This document shows positions 1-22,200 of a stretch of DNA of 64,000 bases, piece by piece. Every line of letters starts with the position of its first letter. Position 1 is the stretch's first letter. The notes under the pieces are model-generated. The model saw only the letters and a program-made list of their open reading frames with translations. It searched no databases and was not told where the DNA came from. The translations under genes were made by a program, and so were the position numbers. Location: the NCBI RefSeq assembly GCF_032062105.1, contig NW_026933001.1, positions 1 through 64,000 of the forward strand, given 5' to 3'. The stretch is from Saccostrea cucullata (taxonomy: Eukaryota).

Positions 1-6795
<6,795 letters not shown>

Positions 6796-7021
6796 AGTGG
6801 AGAGCTGCAGGACTTGGCTCTTTTCTCTGTTCTTTTGTCTACAATGCTCAATCTTGCTTCCAAGTCTTAATAGTTTCACATCACATGCAGTAAATGGGAA
6901 ATGTTTTTATTACACTGTATATTATTTGTGTGTCATAAAGTTGCTGTGAGAGATTTTGATTTAAAGCCCTTTTTTGGCCAGTTCATTCTACTTTTTCATT
7001 GTCAGGCTCATGAATACATAT

Positions 7022-7230
7022 TACTGTGAGGTCACTAATTTTCGTGGAGGTTTCATTTTCATTGTTTTCAAGGTATGGAGAGACCCTCAAGTATATGACC
7101 ACCACGAAATGTAAAATTTAATATGCATTATTACTCACCACTTCTCTACCACGAAATTGTATCCCCACATATTCATATTTTTCTCAAACCTCGAAAATGT
7201 GTTCCCACGAAAATATGTGATTTTACAGTA
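7022..7230. mobile_element. MITE with TACTGT...ACAGTA termini, in the probable UCKL1 3' UTR
   Basis: tactgtgaggtcactaattttcgtgg ... ccacgaaaatatgtgattttacagta form imperfect TIRs; ccacgaaa motif repeated internally. Confidence 0.65.
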
Positions 7231-8633
7231 TTTCTTCAATTTTTCTCACTGCACTTTTTATGCTAGTATTCCATAAACAAGCTTGTAAAGAAGTGTATGT
7301 CTTAATATTGATCAAAAGAAGCTGTGCCTTGTGTTTTACTCTGATCATTATGTAGGAGAACGAATGTGTAAGAATGTGAAGATATGATTTGCTTTATATA
7401 CATGTGCATGTACTACATGTATTTGATAATTGAAATATTTGATATTCAAAGAATACACTGGTCATACATGTATATGTTTAAAATTACTTAGAAATATCAA
7501 AAGTATTGTATTTTACTGACTGTGAAGTATATTTTATTTGATTAATGATCAAACAACTCTTGTGTTCCACTTTTTTGATCAAGTTCCTTTGTGTCTACCT
7601 CAGACTGATTTTATTTTAATTTGGTTGTTTTAATGTTCAATCACGTGTAAATTTACCATAAAATCTATACTTTCAACCATCTTTTTGAGAAGTTTTTCCA
7701 TCAAAAAAGTCTCCTTTTATTTATTGCGAATGGGGATGTTCTCATTGACATAATATTAACTTTATCATACGAATAACTCCTCAGAGCAATAGTAAATACT
7801 TAAAAACAATGTGTATTATTTACTATAGCTTATATACATGTGTAGTAGACAAAGAAGAGAATGACTGGAGTTTAAAGTTGTGCACTTCTTTATATTTGCA
7901 ACAATTCCAGCATTTATTTATAAATTTGCTTTGTAATGCCGTCCTTTAATTATTTTTTATTTACAAAAAATATGTGTCAAAACAACAAAAATCTAATCAT
8001 TGCCAATGTCGGTTTTTGAAATGATTGAGGGTATATATATGTGTGAAAATTAGTGGCATTTGATCTTATTTCCAGTCTGTGTTCTTTCTGCCGTAAATGT
8101 AAGCAAACTGCCAGATATTGTACCATGTTTTATTATAAATTTTTGGGGAAAATAGACACTGGAGTTTAATACTTGTAGATAGGTCTGCTTTATTATGTTG
8201 TACAGCTGTTGTTTATTTTCACAGATGTTTCCCAAGTTTTATTGGATTAAATACAAATGTGGTCTTTATATTTTACAGCATGGGCTTTAAGAGAGATTTA
8301 AGACAAGAAACACAATTATGTAGTCAGGGTTTTGATAGAAATGTAACGTCATAATGTTGTCTCAGTACATACCTTTATGGATGTGCCTTAACAATTGAAT
8401 TCTGTGTATGGATTATTTATGAACTTGATGTGGATTAATTTGTACAAATGTTTATGTGTGCTCTGTTTTAAGAGAAGACCTATGTTATGTTGTTAATGAT
8501 CATATGTTGCAGGTGAAAGATAAATCTGCTTTTTTCTCAGAATAGTTGATTGAATGTTGAACTTGTTCTGGGACCATGATATTGTACAAATATTTTGCCA
8601 TTCGTGCAAAATTGATACATGTATATGCCAAAA

Positions 8634-8639
8634 AATAAA
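8634..8639 (+). promoter_or_regulatory. Candidate polyadenylation signal of UCKL1
   Basis: AATAAA ending a ~1.85-kb AU/GU-rich stretch after the UCKL1 stop, just before the next transposon. Confidence 0.45.
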
Positions 8640-8705
8640 AAATAATGAAGATTAAATTCTGATAGTTGTTATTACTTTCTGTGAAAGAATTTGAGTGGCC
8701 TTTTT

Positions 8706-8720
8706 AGGTCACCTGAGCCA

Positions 8721-8756
<36 letters not shown>

Positions 8757-8806
8757 TTTGTCTGTCGTTGTCATTGTCGTAACCTTTTCACATTTTCATC
8801 TTCTCC

Positions 8807-8846
<40 letters not shown>

Positions 8847-9918
8847 AGTATCCTTGGTTGAAAGGGATTCAAGTTTGTTCAAATGAAGGACCAATACCTC
8901 TTCCAAGGGGAGATGATTATGAATTAATGAAAAATTAATGGTATCTTAAAAATCTCAAGAACCATCGGGCCAGGAAAGATGAAACTCATGTGGAAGCATC
9001 CTTAGGTAGTATAGATTCAAGTTTCTTCAAATCATGACCCTCGGGTGTAGGGCAGGGCCACAATGGCTGATCAAAGTTATACATAGGAATATAGGAAAAA
9101 TCTTTTTAAAAAATCTTCTCCAGAACCATTGGGCCAGGAAAGATGAAACATGTGGAAGCATCCTCAGGTAGTGTAGATTCAGGTTGGGGAGGGGCCAGGG
9201 AAAGGAACAACAAAAAAATTTTGATGAGCAAAAGGGGTGGGAATAGAGTAATTGGTTAAACTGACAACAAGAGTGAGGGGGGTCAACCAGCCTTTCAATG
9301 AACGTTCTAAATGGTTAAAAATATTTAATTTGAAAAAAAGTGGGGAGAGGACAGCCCCCTCCCCTACGTGCCTGTTCAGCAGGTACTTTATGACAATCTT
9401 TTTTTAAAAAAGGAAAACAAAGAAAAATGATTATAAATTAAGCAATATCTGACTAATCCGTTAAAACTATTTTCAGGCACGTAGCAACGGGAAGGGGGGG
9501 GGCTTAATTATACTATAGGAAAAGTTCAGTTGGTTGCCCCCCCCCCAACTTTTTATGTTGAGGAAAATGTAGTGTAAAAAATTGGTACTGAAAGAAGTTG
9601 GTATTGGAAAAAAGTTGGCCTCTACCCACCCACCCCCACCCCACCCTCCACGAAATACGATTTTCGAGTTTGGGCAACTTTTTTTTCTTTTTCTTTTTTT
9701 TTTTTTTGCTTGTCTTTAAAAAAGAAAACTGACTTTTTCAGGTGAGAAAAAAAAATTTATCTCAGGTTGCCCCCCCCCCTTTGAAAATTGATGCTACGTG
9801 GCTAAATTTATATATTTATCTTTTGCTCAAAAACAGCAAAACACTAAAAGACTAAATCTGCTCATGAAGAACACCGAGGCTACATTGATTCAGGTGAGCG
9901 CTGTCGCCCATGACCCCC
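8706..9918 (+). mobile_element. Second pearl/HINE element (same family as 2121-3441) with nested MITE
   Basis: AGGTCACCTGAGCCAAAGGCTCAAGTGAGCTTTTCTGATCAAAATTTGTCC is near-identical to the sequence at 2122; same 167-bp units; end TCAGGTGAGCGCTGTCGCCCATG. Nested insert caggcacgtagca...tgctacgtggc at ~9474-9803. Confidence 0.8.
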
Positions 9919-10281
9919 TAAAATTCTGTATTACAATCGAGTTCGACATTCAACTAAATATTAACCCCACCCCTCAAATTCTTAGATCCAGTTGGAAATG
10001 TAATAGATTATAAAATTCTTTGAAAATTGCAACGTATTTTAAGTGTTTTTAGCCTTCAACGACGTGAAAGTATTTTTTAAGAGTGTTATTTATTTTTCTT
10101 GGGTAAATTTTAAAATCTAATTCGTTTTACGGATCTGCGGATAAGTATCGAAAACGAGGCCTTCCTTAGCATTCCACAAACAAATCCAAATCGGCTTAGA
10201 GAAGGTTGACACTTGTCCTGATAAAAGACAAAGCTATTTTAACTAGAAGTTGAGAAGGTTGAGGAATTTGAAACTGCAAAC

Positions 10282-13200
10282 ATGCAGTTGAAACATTTGA
10301 AAAATTTGCTACCACCACAGGTACGTTTTGTTGAAAATTTTAGACCAAAGATCAACAAAATATTTATCTTGTTTCATGCGTACAGTATAAAAAGCAAGAG
10401 ACCATAAATCATCCGTTGAACGACTATTTTTGAGAATTTATGGAAGAATTCAAAAGATATACTTTCATCAGAAAACAGACTTGTTTTGATTTGGAATAAA
10501 CTTAGTTTTATTGTGTTAATTATGTCTTTGTGCCAATAAAGTATTTGTGTTCAGTTTTGGGCAAATGAAAATGGTTCTAAATGTTGCCTATCTGGTTAGT
10601 TATAGTATAGGCCTAAACATCAAGATACAGGTATTCCTTATAGTATAAAAACTGAGATTAATCCATAGATGAACACATGGCCATTAGGTCTACAAAAACT
10701 GCGGTCCTACTAAACAGAGTATGATAGAGTACTTTAGAGTACGCTAGTAAAATTTTATAATGTAAAGCAATTAAACTGCTTTTTATATGTTTATCTATAT
10801 TACATTAACATAATAAATATAAATTTACCGGTAAATGAAATTTGTATGTTTTCCTTATTTTAGAAGTTATTTTAATTTTTTATTTCAGGTTTAGTTTTAT
10901 CGTTTTATCAAGGTCCCGATTTAATTTAACTTGATATGCAAAAATGTTTCATTGTTAATGTGAGAAATATTAAATTTTAAGTAATGCAATTAATTTAACT
11001 TTTGAGAAATAAAATTTAGTTGAAATTAATAAGTCTGAAATAACATAGTAATCGAGATCAGGGTGTTAATAACACTGTTAAATGCATTGAATTATGAATG
11101 TTGCTTTCTTGTCAAAATATCGCTTAAAAAACAAATATTTGAGACAAATATTGCAATATTATATTAAAATACTGTTTAATCAAGTTGTATGTATATACAT
11201 TGAAAATAAACAGTCCAGTTGTATTAAATTACACAATTTTTCTAGCGTATACTCTGAAGTACTCTATCATACTCTAGCGTACTCTACTTAGTAGTACCCC
11301 AAAAACTGTCCTTGAAAAGTTTTGGAAAGTATAGGAATTATGCCAATACTCAGAAATATTAGATAAGAGACTTTCAAAGAGATCACATTTGTCAGATTTC
11401 TGATACTGTTTACTTTCAAAATTGACATTTCATGTTGGAACAATTACAGAGAAAATTATTTACATTTGAGAAGTAAATATGTACAGCTAAAAGGAAATAT
11501 ATGCAAAGTGAAACAATAAATATTGTAAGTGTTAAAAACTAATAATGACTGAATTTTAAATCATGACCCCGGGGGTAGGGTGGGACCACATTAGAAAATT
11601 CAAGTTTTACATTGAAACATACTGGAAAAATCTTTAAGAGTCTTGTAAAAAACACTATCGAGACATAAAAGATAAAACTTAATATCTGAAAGCATCCTTG
11701 GGTAGTGTAGATTCTAAGTTATATCACGTCATCAGGGATAGAGTGGGGTCACAATAGAGAATGATAAGAGTTTTTACATTGAAAAATAGAGGAAAAATAT
11801 TTGAAAATTTTCTCCAACAAGAACCTCTCTGCCAGAAAAATTGAAATTTATGTGGAAACTTCCTGAGGTAGTGTAGCCTCTAAATTATTCAAATCATTGC
11901 CCCTTGTGGTAGATCATGTACATGTGGTCACAATGAGTATTGCAGGGGGAGGGGGGGGGATTAGGTGAAGAACAGCATGAGTAGAATTAATCAGGTGAGT
12001 GTTGTGGCCCATTGGCCTCTTGCTTATATTATTTTAAGCTGCAAATCTGTGATAAAATTAACATACTCCGTTTTGTACATTGTCATGCTTAATAGGTTTG
12101 CAGGGCTTATGTCAAAATTTCTATTGATTCTAAGGATGGGGCAGCAAAGATATGTTGCATTGCTTGGGCTCCGAACAACCAAAAGATGGCAGTTTGTACA
12201 TCAGACCGTGTGATCTTATTGTTTGATGAACAAGGGGAAAAAAGAGATAAATTTTCCACAAAACCAGCAGATGCCAAGGTAAGATTGTCAGTTGAGTATG
12301 AAAATCTCATTTCATAGTGTAAATTCAAATGTCTGAATCATTGCCCTGTGAACTTCATGAAGATTGCATTGAGATTCAATTTTAATAAGAAGGTTAATTA
12401 AAAAGGAAAACATAATGAAGCTATGAAATAAATTGCATTTTGAAAAATGGATGATCTATAAAGGCCTTTTTTTAATATAATATGATATAATTTAAAAAAA
12501 AACCTTGAACTTAACCCTCTTTTGTTATTGTCATTTAAGTATGGTAAAAGAAGCTACACAGTGAAAGGACTAGCTTTCTCTGGAGACTCTTCTAAAATTG
12601 CTGTTGGACAAACTGACAACATTATCTATGTGTATAAAATTGGAGAGGATTGGTAAGGATAGTGTGCTTTCTTTTTCCGTAAAATTAGTATAACCCTAGT
12701 AGAATAAAAAAAAAAATAATAATGCTTTAATAAATTGCATATGCTCCAATCTGATTAAAATTAGATGTTAGATCTGCTCGCATACTCTTTACACTAATAT
12801 CGAACAACATCCCATAGAGGGTCACATCAGAAGTCAAATTCTATGATTGACCAATCAAATCATTGCCTGCAAAATCATCGTAAATTTGTTTCAGCGAATA
12901 AGTCTAGAGTTGTTATAAATTTTACCTCTGACATGACCCTCTATGGGATGTTGTTAGATGTTAGTGTAACATCTAATTTTAATTAGATTGCATATGCCCT
13001 GACTTATAAATGTATATGTAAATATCAAAATTATTAAAGTACAGGAGTATTGAAATATGATGCAATGTTTTTCACTCATGAAAAATTTTATCATATGCAT
13101 TTTAACATTCTCCACTTTTCGTGGCCAGGGGAGAGAAGAAGGTAATCTGTAACAAGTTTGTACAACAGAGTGCTGTAACCTGTCTTATCTGGCCCCCGGA

Positions 13201-16200
13201 TCAACCCATTGTGTTTGGACTGGCAGATGGCAAGGTAAAATTTACTCTATATTTGTTACATCACAAACCAAAATATGTACATAAATTTCTACCTGTTCTA
13301 CCTTGTTTTAACAATTATTGATTTGTTAATATTTATTGACTTGTATGAACTAACAACTATTTTTAGGTTAGAGCTGCCAACACAAAGACAAACAAATCTT
13401 CTACTATTTATGGTACTGAGTCCTATGTGGTTTCACTAGCTTCAAAGTAAGTCAGACTCATTTTAAGAAATCTTCCCAGCTTTTATAGTACACATTTTTG
13501 GTTTCCATTTTTTGTTATAACTACCGGTATATAGAAAAATACTATTACTGATTCAAGTTCAGACAACCTCACAAACTAGTTGCTTTTCCAGCCATTTACC
13601 TGTGATTTATCTGTGACCAATTAAAATTTTAAAATTGCATTGAACCATTGTCCCCATATAACTTTTTACTTATAAATGGAATAAATCTTTTTCAGTCCCT
13701 CTGGCAAGGGATTTTTGTCTGGCCATGCTGATGGTGCCATTGTGAGGTATTTCTTTGACGATGAAGGCTCTGGAGATTCCCAGGTAGAGTTCAAAATAAA
13801 TAATGTTTTTTTTTTTTTTCAAGTCCTTCAGATCTGTTTTTTGTACATGTTAACTTTAATAGGTCACTTGAGTCACTCAGGTGACCTATCCAGTCAGTGA
13901 TTCATTTTGATGTGCGTTCTGTGTAAATTAACACATGAATTTTGCTCAGGATGCATTATCTTAATAAATGTGCATCCCTATGGACACATTAAATTAATAA
14001 AATGAAAGGTATTAAATAATTTTGGTACATGTATATAGTATGCTTCAAAATTTGGCCAATTGTATCATATCCACATGCTTAGCAATATGCATGAGCAATT
14101 TTAACAGGTACAAAGTTGCCAACAACCGGTCAGATTTCACACATCACTGTTAAATGGCAATTAACAATGAAACAATTATCAGAAAAGGAAAGTCAAATTT
14201 TGTCTGCTGTGGAACATTTCTGAAGTGTATACTACTCTACACATTTGTATTTTACCTGTAACTCAGGTGACCTATTGCTATCCGTTTTGGTCCGTTGTTG
14301 TGCGGTGTGCATCATGTGTTAACATTTGAACATTTTCATCTTCTTCTCTGCAACCGCTTAACCAATTTCAACCAATATTGGCATAAAACATTTGTGGGTG
14401 AAGGGGAACAAATATTGTGAATTTCATGATCCCTGGGGCCTGAGGGATGGGGCCATAACCACTTAATTTAATGCAATCTTTAAAAATCTTCATCTTTACT
14501 CTTGGACATCAAGCATTCAAGCTGTTGACATGGTTGTAATCAGCATTGAGTCCTCTACTAAAATTTTGAAATTCATGACTCCAGGGTTGGGGTTCTAGAG
14601 CTGGGTCGGGGCTAAATAGATGATATAGTGAAAATGCATTACCGGGGGTATTTATTTGAAAAGCTTCTCTACTCCTGAATGTTAAATAAACTAACCAAGT
14701 ACATAATTCTGTTGAATAAGGCTGCATCTTCCAAAATTGTGAATTTCATGGCCCCATGCAGGGTTGGGGGTAGTGTTGTTAGAGCAAGGCTTGATTGATT
14801 TTATAGTGAAAATGCATTATTTCTTTTAAAGTCTTCTTCTCTTGTCCTTGATATCAAACAAACTAACGAAGTACATAATTCTGTTGAATAAGGCTGCATC
14901 TTCCAAAATTGTGAATTTCATGGCCCCAGGGTCAGGGGTAGTGTTGTTAGGGCAAGGCTTGATTGATTTTATAGTGAAAATGCATTATTTTTTTTAAAGT
15001 CTTCTTCTCTTCTCCTTGATATCAAACAAACTAACCAAGTACATAGTTATGATGAGCAAGAATGCTTCTCCCAAAATTGTGAATTTTAGGGCCCTGGCTG
15101 ATTGAGGGTTTTGGAGTTGGGGTGGGGCTCTTTTGATTATAAAGTGAAAATACAGTAATACTTTAAAAATTTTCTTCTCTGCTCCTGGGTATTAAACCAA
15201 TGAACTATGTACATAGTTACGATGAGGAAGGATGCCTCTTCCAAATTTTTGAATTTTAGGGCCCCTGGGTCAGAGGATCTGGTGTTAGGGAGGGTTTCTA
15301 ATGATTATAAATGTATATACATGTATAGTGAAAATGCATGAAGTCTTTGAAAATCTTTGAAAATCTTTTCCTTTGCTCCTGGGTATTATGCCAATGATCT
15401 AAGTACAGATTTATGATGAAGAAATGTTTCTCTTACATAATGGTTAATTTCAGGGTCCCTGTGTCAGGGGCACTGGGGGGGGGGGGGGGAGTGTTACATG
15501 GTCTGAAAATGAATTAATGCTTTGAAATCTGCTCTTTGGTATTAATCAACCACTTATGAAGAAATAAAATTTTGAAATATGTGGCCCCAGGGTCAGTGGT
15601 GCACAACTGTTTATAAAAAGAATGCATTTCCTCTTCGTTACTCTGATCTTCCTCTGGGTATTAAGTAACTAAAGTAAGCATGCTAAGTGTATAATTATGA
15701 TAAGCAATGGTGTCTCTTTGAAAATTGTAAATGCCATGGCCTCTGGTTTAAAACATGAACCAAATTCAATGGTTAGAAAGTTGTTGCATGATGCTCAGGT
15801 GACCTAGAAGGCCCATGGGTCTCTTGTTTAAAATGGCATATGTGTTGTAATGATAACTTTTGAAAGTTAAAACTATCAGTTTAAACATGGAAACTTGGAC
15901 AATTTGGGAAAGTTGAAAAAGGTGACATATATAATATATCATATATCTAATGCCAAAAATTTCTAGTTGTCAACTCTTATCCTTTTTAAAGGTCCCTATT
16001 TAATATTAGGAGATCATCATCAAATTTTCTGTTCATTTTATTTGCAAAATCTTTAACTTTCAGCCTTTCATAATGTAAACTATGTATGTGCATAACAATA
16101 TTATAATTTAGTAAACAACCTGCATGCAAACACATCTTTAAGCAGCTTTATTTCTGAACCTGAATAGTTATGTCATTTCTGTTTTTTCAGGGTAAGATAA

Positions 16201-19200
16201 GCACACACCCGTGTCCTCCATATGCATTGGCCTTTTCCCAGAATTCCATAGTAGCTGCTGGATGTGACAAGAGAATCATTGCGTACGGACGTGAAGGTCG
16301 GAGTTTCCAGCACTTTGATTACAGTCGGGAGGAAGATGAACATGAGTTTACATGCGCTGTGTCCAGCCCAAGTGGACAGTCAATAGTTATTGGAAGTTTT
16401 GACAAGTAAGAAAAAAACAGTCAGAACTGCAAACATTTAAACAAGAACATGTATGAATATGCATATTTAACAAATATGTTTTGAGTAGAGTGTATATGTT
16501 AATTGGTCAGGAAACCTAACAATGTTAAATGCTATCAGAACTTCAAAACTTGTACACGGCAAAATCCTTCACTAAGAATTGAATATTGTTTTATCACCTG
16601 TTACTGCTGTTGGCATTGTTGTGATAAATAGTTGATTCATTATCTGTCGTTTCTATGTACAGGTTAAGGGTTCTGAATTGGAGCCCAAGGAGACAGATGT
16701 GGGATGAACCAAAGCTAAAGGAGATCCGTAATCTGTATACCATTACTGCTCTGGCATGGAAGAAAGACGGCTCCAGGGTTACTTGTGTAAGTACTTTATA
16801 CTGGATGGTTTTACTGGGTGTTAGTACTATATACAGGATGGTTCATGAAATTTTGTCTCATAGCAGTGTTTTCTCTGTCCAAAGTTTTTATACAGTTCAT
16901 AGTGAATTTGTAAAGCCATACTTGCTGTAAATTCTTAGGTATATTTGATTAACGATTTTAATTTGAAAATAGGGCACCTTGTGTGGGGGAGTTGAAATTT
17001 TTGATTGCTGTCTGAAGAGAACCATTTACAAGAACAAGTTTGAAATGACCCATGTTGGACTCAGTCAGGTAAGAGTAAGAGTTATTTCCCTTTGAATATT
17101 TTTCCATATTATAAGTGTTCTAAAAGTACTATGCTTTCTTTGAAGTATAGTTATATTTTATTGAATTGGAATGTATGGTTTCTTTCAAAGGTGATTGTGA
17201 AGAATTTGTCGAGTGGTCAGAGAGTGGTGCTTAAGTCTCACTATGGGTACGAGATTGATGAGGTCCGTATCATGGGGAAGGATCGGTACCTAGTGGCTCA
17301 CACCTCAGACACCATCTTACTGGGAGACCTGGAGCAAAACAAGCTCAGTGAGGTATACTGAAACTGAGGCTTGATTTAATTCTCTTTTGCTCTACTGTGT
17401 TTATAATTACCCCCTCACAATGAAGTTAAAGGGGCTAGAGTAGCGTGCTTGTGTTTATCTGGGTAATGTCTGAATTCTTGAATATTGGATGTGATCATTT
17501 ATATTGAGATTGATGTGCTCTTTTGTGAGGGTTTGCTCCACTTTTTTGTGCTTCTATTTTTTAAAGAACCATTTGAAATAATATGAGTTTATTCTAGGTC
17601 TTAAGAGAAACATAAATAAAAAGATTCATAAAAATGTTTTTCTAGGAAGAAGCAGAAATTTTGTTCATTATTTTTATATTTGTTATTATCAGATTCCATG
17701 GCAAGGCTCAGGAGGAAATGAGAAATATTACTTTGACAATGAAAATGTAAGTATATTGTTGATTTTATTACCCCCTTTTCCTATAACTTTGTTAAAACAA
17801 CCTGCGGGCATTATAGACTTTGATCATGTGACCAACTTCATGTCATACCCCAAAGAAACTCTAAAAATGATATTTTATTTCTTAATTATATGTTTTTAAG
17901 CAGGGGTGTGCAATTACAAAAATAAGTAACTAGCCTGTCGGGCTAGTGGCAGTAACAAAGTTACTAGCCCGAGGTTGCCAGTCACTAGCCCATTAACTAC
18001 TGAAAACAATATATGTATAAGATTAAAATAACATAAAGGTAAAAAAAATTACTTGAAAGAAATAAAACAAAAAATAGTTTGCGCTTTGTAATTGTCAGGT
18101 ACTTCTCCCTATTTTATCGACTACAATTATCACTTAGATGACTGGCAATAGCAACACAAAATACATATAGTTTAAAACGATTCAAAGATTATGATTGTAC
18201 AAAAAAGTTAACTTGTACATCAATTCAGTCGAGGTAAATATGCGATTACTTTCATTTTAGATTTACTAGCCCGACGGGCTAACGCAATATAGATTTACGA
18301 TAGCCCGACCTCAAATATTGGTAGCCCCGGGCGTCGGGCGATGGTAATTGCACACCCCTGTTAAGTGAGCTATGTTTGCTCCTTACATAAAAAGACGCAC
18401 ATTTTGTATTGTGATTAATTTCCAATATGGTTTTATTTATGATAAAAGAAGTGAGAGTAACATTGCTTATATGCAAAAATCAGAAAACATTTATAATTGA
18501 AGGTTTGCATGATCTTCAATGCGGGGGAGCTGGCCCTCATAGAGTACGGAGCTAACGAGGTTCTGGGGTGCGTGAGGACGGAGTTTATGAACCCCCACCT
18601 GATCAGCGTCAGGCTGAACGAGAGGAAACAGAGGGGCGTGGAGGATAACAAGAAGATTGCCTACTTACTGGACCTCAAGACCATCGCTATCAGTAATTAC
18701 ATGTTAAACTAAAACTAGCCAATCAAGTCTGTAGAATCATCACTGTTCATGGGACCAATATTTGGGGTTTTCAAAAGACATCCTTAGTCAGAAAATTTAC
18801 ACTCTTATGAACAATAAATTTAATCATCCACAAAATTACATCCATAAAAAGCTATATAATTTTGAATGCTAACAAAAATTTACCCCTCAAAATTAAGATG
18901 ATTGTGCAATATTTCATGTTCTCAGATTTTTATTCCTCTGCTAAAAAACGTGAAAATATACAAAAAAGAAGAAAAATAATTGAAGCAAATCTGTTGGTTT
19001 CATTCTGGATTTTGAAAGGCGACTGTACAGCTCACATGTTTATATTTCATCCTTATTCTACCTACAGTGGACTTGGTGACAGGAATGACCCTTGGCCAGG
19101 TGAACCATGAGTCCAAGATTGACTGGTTAGAGGTAAGAGTAGAAGAATAGGTGAAATTTAATTAGATGAATGTAAAAGGTGTTGCTTAATATTATTGATT

Positions 19201-22200
19201 ATCATGCAATTACAATACCACTTGAAAATACTGCAGTTTTCAATCTGTTGAATTTTATTTTTATTTCAGTTGAATGAAACTGGTAGAAAGATCTTATTTA
19301 GAGACAAGAGAATGAGGGTTTGCATTAGATTCAGAATATTTTTTAAAAAATTAAAGATTAATATTTGTTTAATCTGTTTTTCAATGAAATACTTACCCGT
19401 TTTAAAATTATTTGTTTAATGTTATATTCCTATGTGTATTTGCAGTTGAACCTGTATGACATTGAGTCACAACAAAGGACAACTATACTGAATTACTGTT
19501 CATATGTACAGGTGAGTAGTCTTACATTTTTGTATTTCAAATGTTTGCAAATACATACAAAAATATTTGAAAATAAATACTGTACGTCCATATTTTTGTA
19601 TTATAATGAAATCTCCCTTTCTGGTTTGTTAACAGTGGGTACCAGGAAGTGATGTGGTCGTGGCCCAGAACCGAGGAAACCTGTGTATCTGGTACAATAT
19701 TGACGCTCCAGAGAGAGTCACCATGTTTTCTATTAAGGTGAAAAATCAATTAAAAAGATGATAATTTTGCAATCTTAGGTAAAATTTACACCTTACACAG
19801 CATCAGATAAGTAAAAAAAAATGAGAGTTGGAATATTTGTTTTGAATTCTATTATTGTTTTTACAGGGAGACATAGTGGACCTTGAGAAGGCTGATGGTA
19901 AGACGGAGGTGGTGGTACAGGAGGGGGTACAGACCATCTCCTACACACTGGACGAGGGGCTGATAGAGTTCGGCACCGCTATTGATGACGGGGACTATGA
20001 GAGGTGAAGAATATGATTATACAGATAAAAACCATTTCTTGATTGTTCAAGATGTATTATTTTATGCATAAATTCAGTGGCTTATGGAAATATAACATGT
20101 AAGAAACATGATGATTGATTCCATGCCTTTGTTTCTTTGGACAGAGCTGTGTCATTTTTGGAGACCCTTGAGATGTCACCAGAGACTGAGGCCATGTGGA
20201 AAACTCTGAGCAAACTGGCCATGGAGGACAGAAGACTTCATATAGCAGAAAGGTATTTACCTACATGTGTATAGTTTCATACTTCATCATGAAGAATGAT
20301 AATATATAATAATTTTCTTTTCAACATATTTTAAATGTTTTCAGATGCTTTTCTGCTCTGGGGGACATTGCTAAAGCCCGGTACATGAAGGAGACCTTTA
20401 GACTTGCCGAGGAAATATCCAGGACAAAGGTAAGTGTACAATAAAGAGGTGTAATGAATTGAAAATATTTGTCACTGTCAGCATCTAGATAGAGAGAAAC
20501 ATTTGTGTGTTGATGTTTGTAGGGTGGCGATGGATTCAACCATTACAGAGTTAGGGCAAGACTGGCTATAATGGACAAGAGATTTAAAGAAGCAGAGAGC
20601 ATATTTCTTGAACAGGTATGAAAATGCAGCCAGATAGCCTGTATTATTCTGGTAACATGTGTGCAAACAAGTATAAAGTGAAGATGCAATATACAACTTT
20701 ATAACGTAATTATATTCTTTTTTTGTATTTTGCAGAATCATGTGGATGAAGCTATGGAAATGTACCAAGAGATGCACATGTGGGATGAAGCCATTGAAGT
20801 TGCTGAAGCCAAGGTCAGTTTACAAATCAAGTTTTATGAATTGAACTGATTTTGTTGTAGAGAAACTTTATTTGAAACGTTGTTAACAGTTAAAATGTGC
20901 TTTTAATATACATGTAATTATAAATACAGATGCATCCAGAGTTAGACAATCTACAGAGGAGTTATTATCAGTGGCTGATCAACACAGGACAGGAGGAAGC
21001 CGCCGGAGAGGTCAGGGGTCAAATATCTTATTGTGAACAGTGTATATAAAAGTCAAATCACTCTTTGTAGAAATGTTGTGATGTGTGAAGATTATATGTA
21101 TAAAAAATGGCTGTAGAATATTACAAGTTGAAATATGAAGAAAGGAATTACCTACACAGTTAACTTGATTGTCTTGTTTTACGTACAGCTTAAAGAAAGA
21201 GAAGAAGACTACCTGGCAGCCATTAACCTGTACATGAAGGCTGGTCTGCCTGCCAGGGCTGCAAGGCTAGCCACAAGTAGAGAAGTAAGGGGAAATGTTA
21301 CAGTGTATTCTGTTTCTATTAGTCAAGATGTACAATTGTGTTTTATGTTGAATTTTCCATTTGACATAAATTTCTTCATATGTTCCCTTTTTTTGCAGGA
21401 GCTAATGTCAAATTCAGAGTTGATTTCAAGAATTGCTTCAGCTTTGATCAAAGGAGAGCTATATGAAAGGGTAGGTATTTTGTGAAAAGTATAAAATGAT
21501 TTTAAAAAATTTGAAACATTCATGTATATAAATCCTTTTCAGACATTCAAAGAAAACAAGAATCCTTGAAATCACTAACTTCAGCACATATGGATAATTT
21601 GTTAGTTGAAAGTTAATGAACACACTAATTAAATTATAATCCGGATGAAGTGGTAGGTTGTCATTATAGCTATGGATTTGATGATACTTTTGTGACCATC
21701 AAGCTCACTGGGTTTTTGTTTTATTTTGTTATAATAGGCTGGTGACATGTATGAAAAAATCAAGGACACAGCCAGGGCCATGGAGTGCTTCAAGAAGGGA
21801 CATGCTTTCCGCAGAGGTAGAAATTTGATAATGTTTTATGCATTTTAACATATTTTAGAAAAATTGCATTTAAAACTTTATCTTGTATATTTATTATATT
21901 GATTCAACTTACAGCTGTGGATTTGGCTCGCTATGCTTTCCCAGCAGAAGTTGTTAAGCTGGAGGAACAATGGGGAGACTATTTGTCTTCTCAGAAACAG
22001 CTAGACGCTGCCATCAACCACTACATAGAGGCCGGGTAAGCTAAATAGTTCCAATAATCCAAAAGATCAAAGTACTGTATGTACTCAGAGGACATTTATG
22101 TTATATTAAATATGATGTGTGTGCAAGGTATTGATTTTTGTCAGTCATTAAAGAGATCAAGATTTTTTTACTGTAGCTGAAAGTGTTTTGTGTACCTGAT

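Noticed and set aside
10155-10180. Possible RFX X-box in the IFT172 promoter (cttccttagcatt)
   Set aside because: Both ends deviate from the consensus (no GT start, no AAC end); too weak to call.
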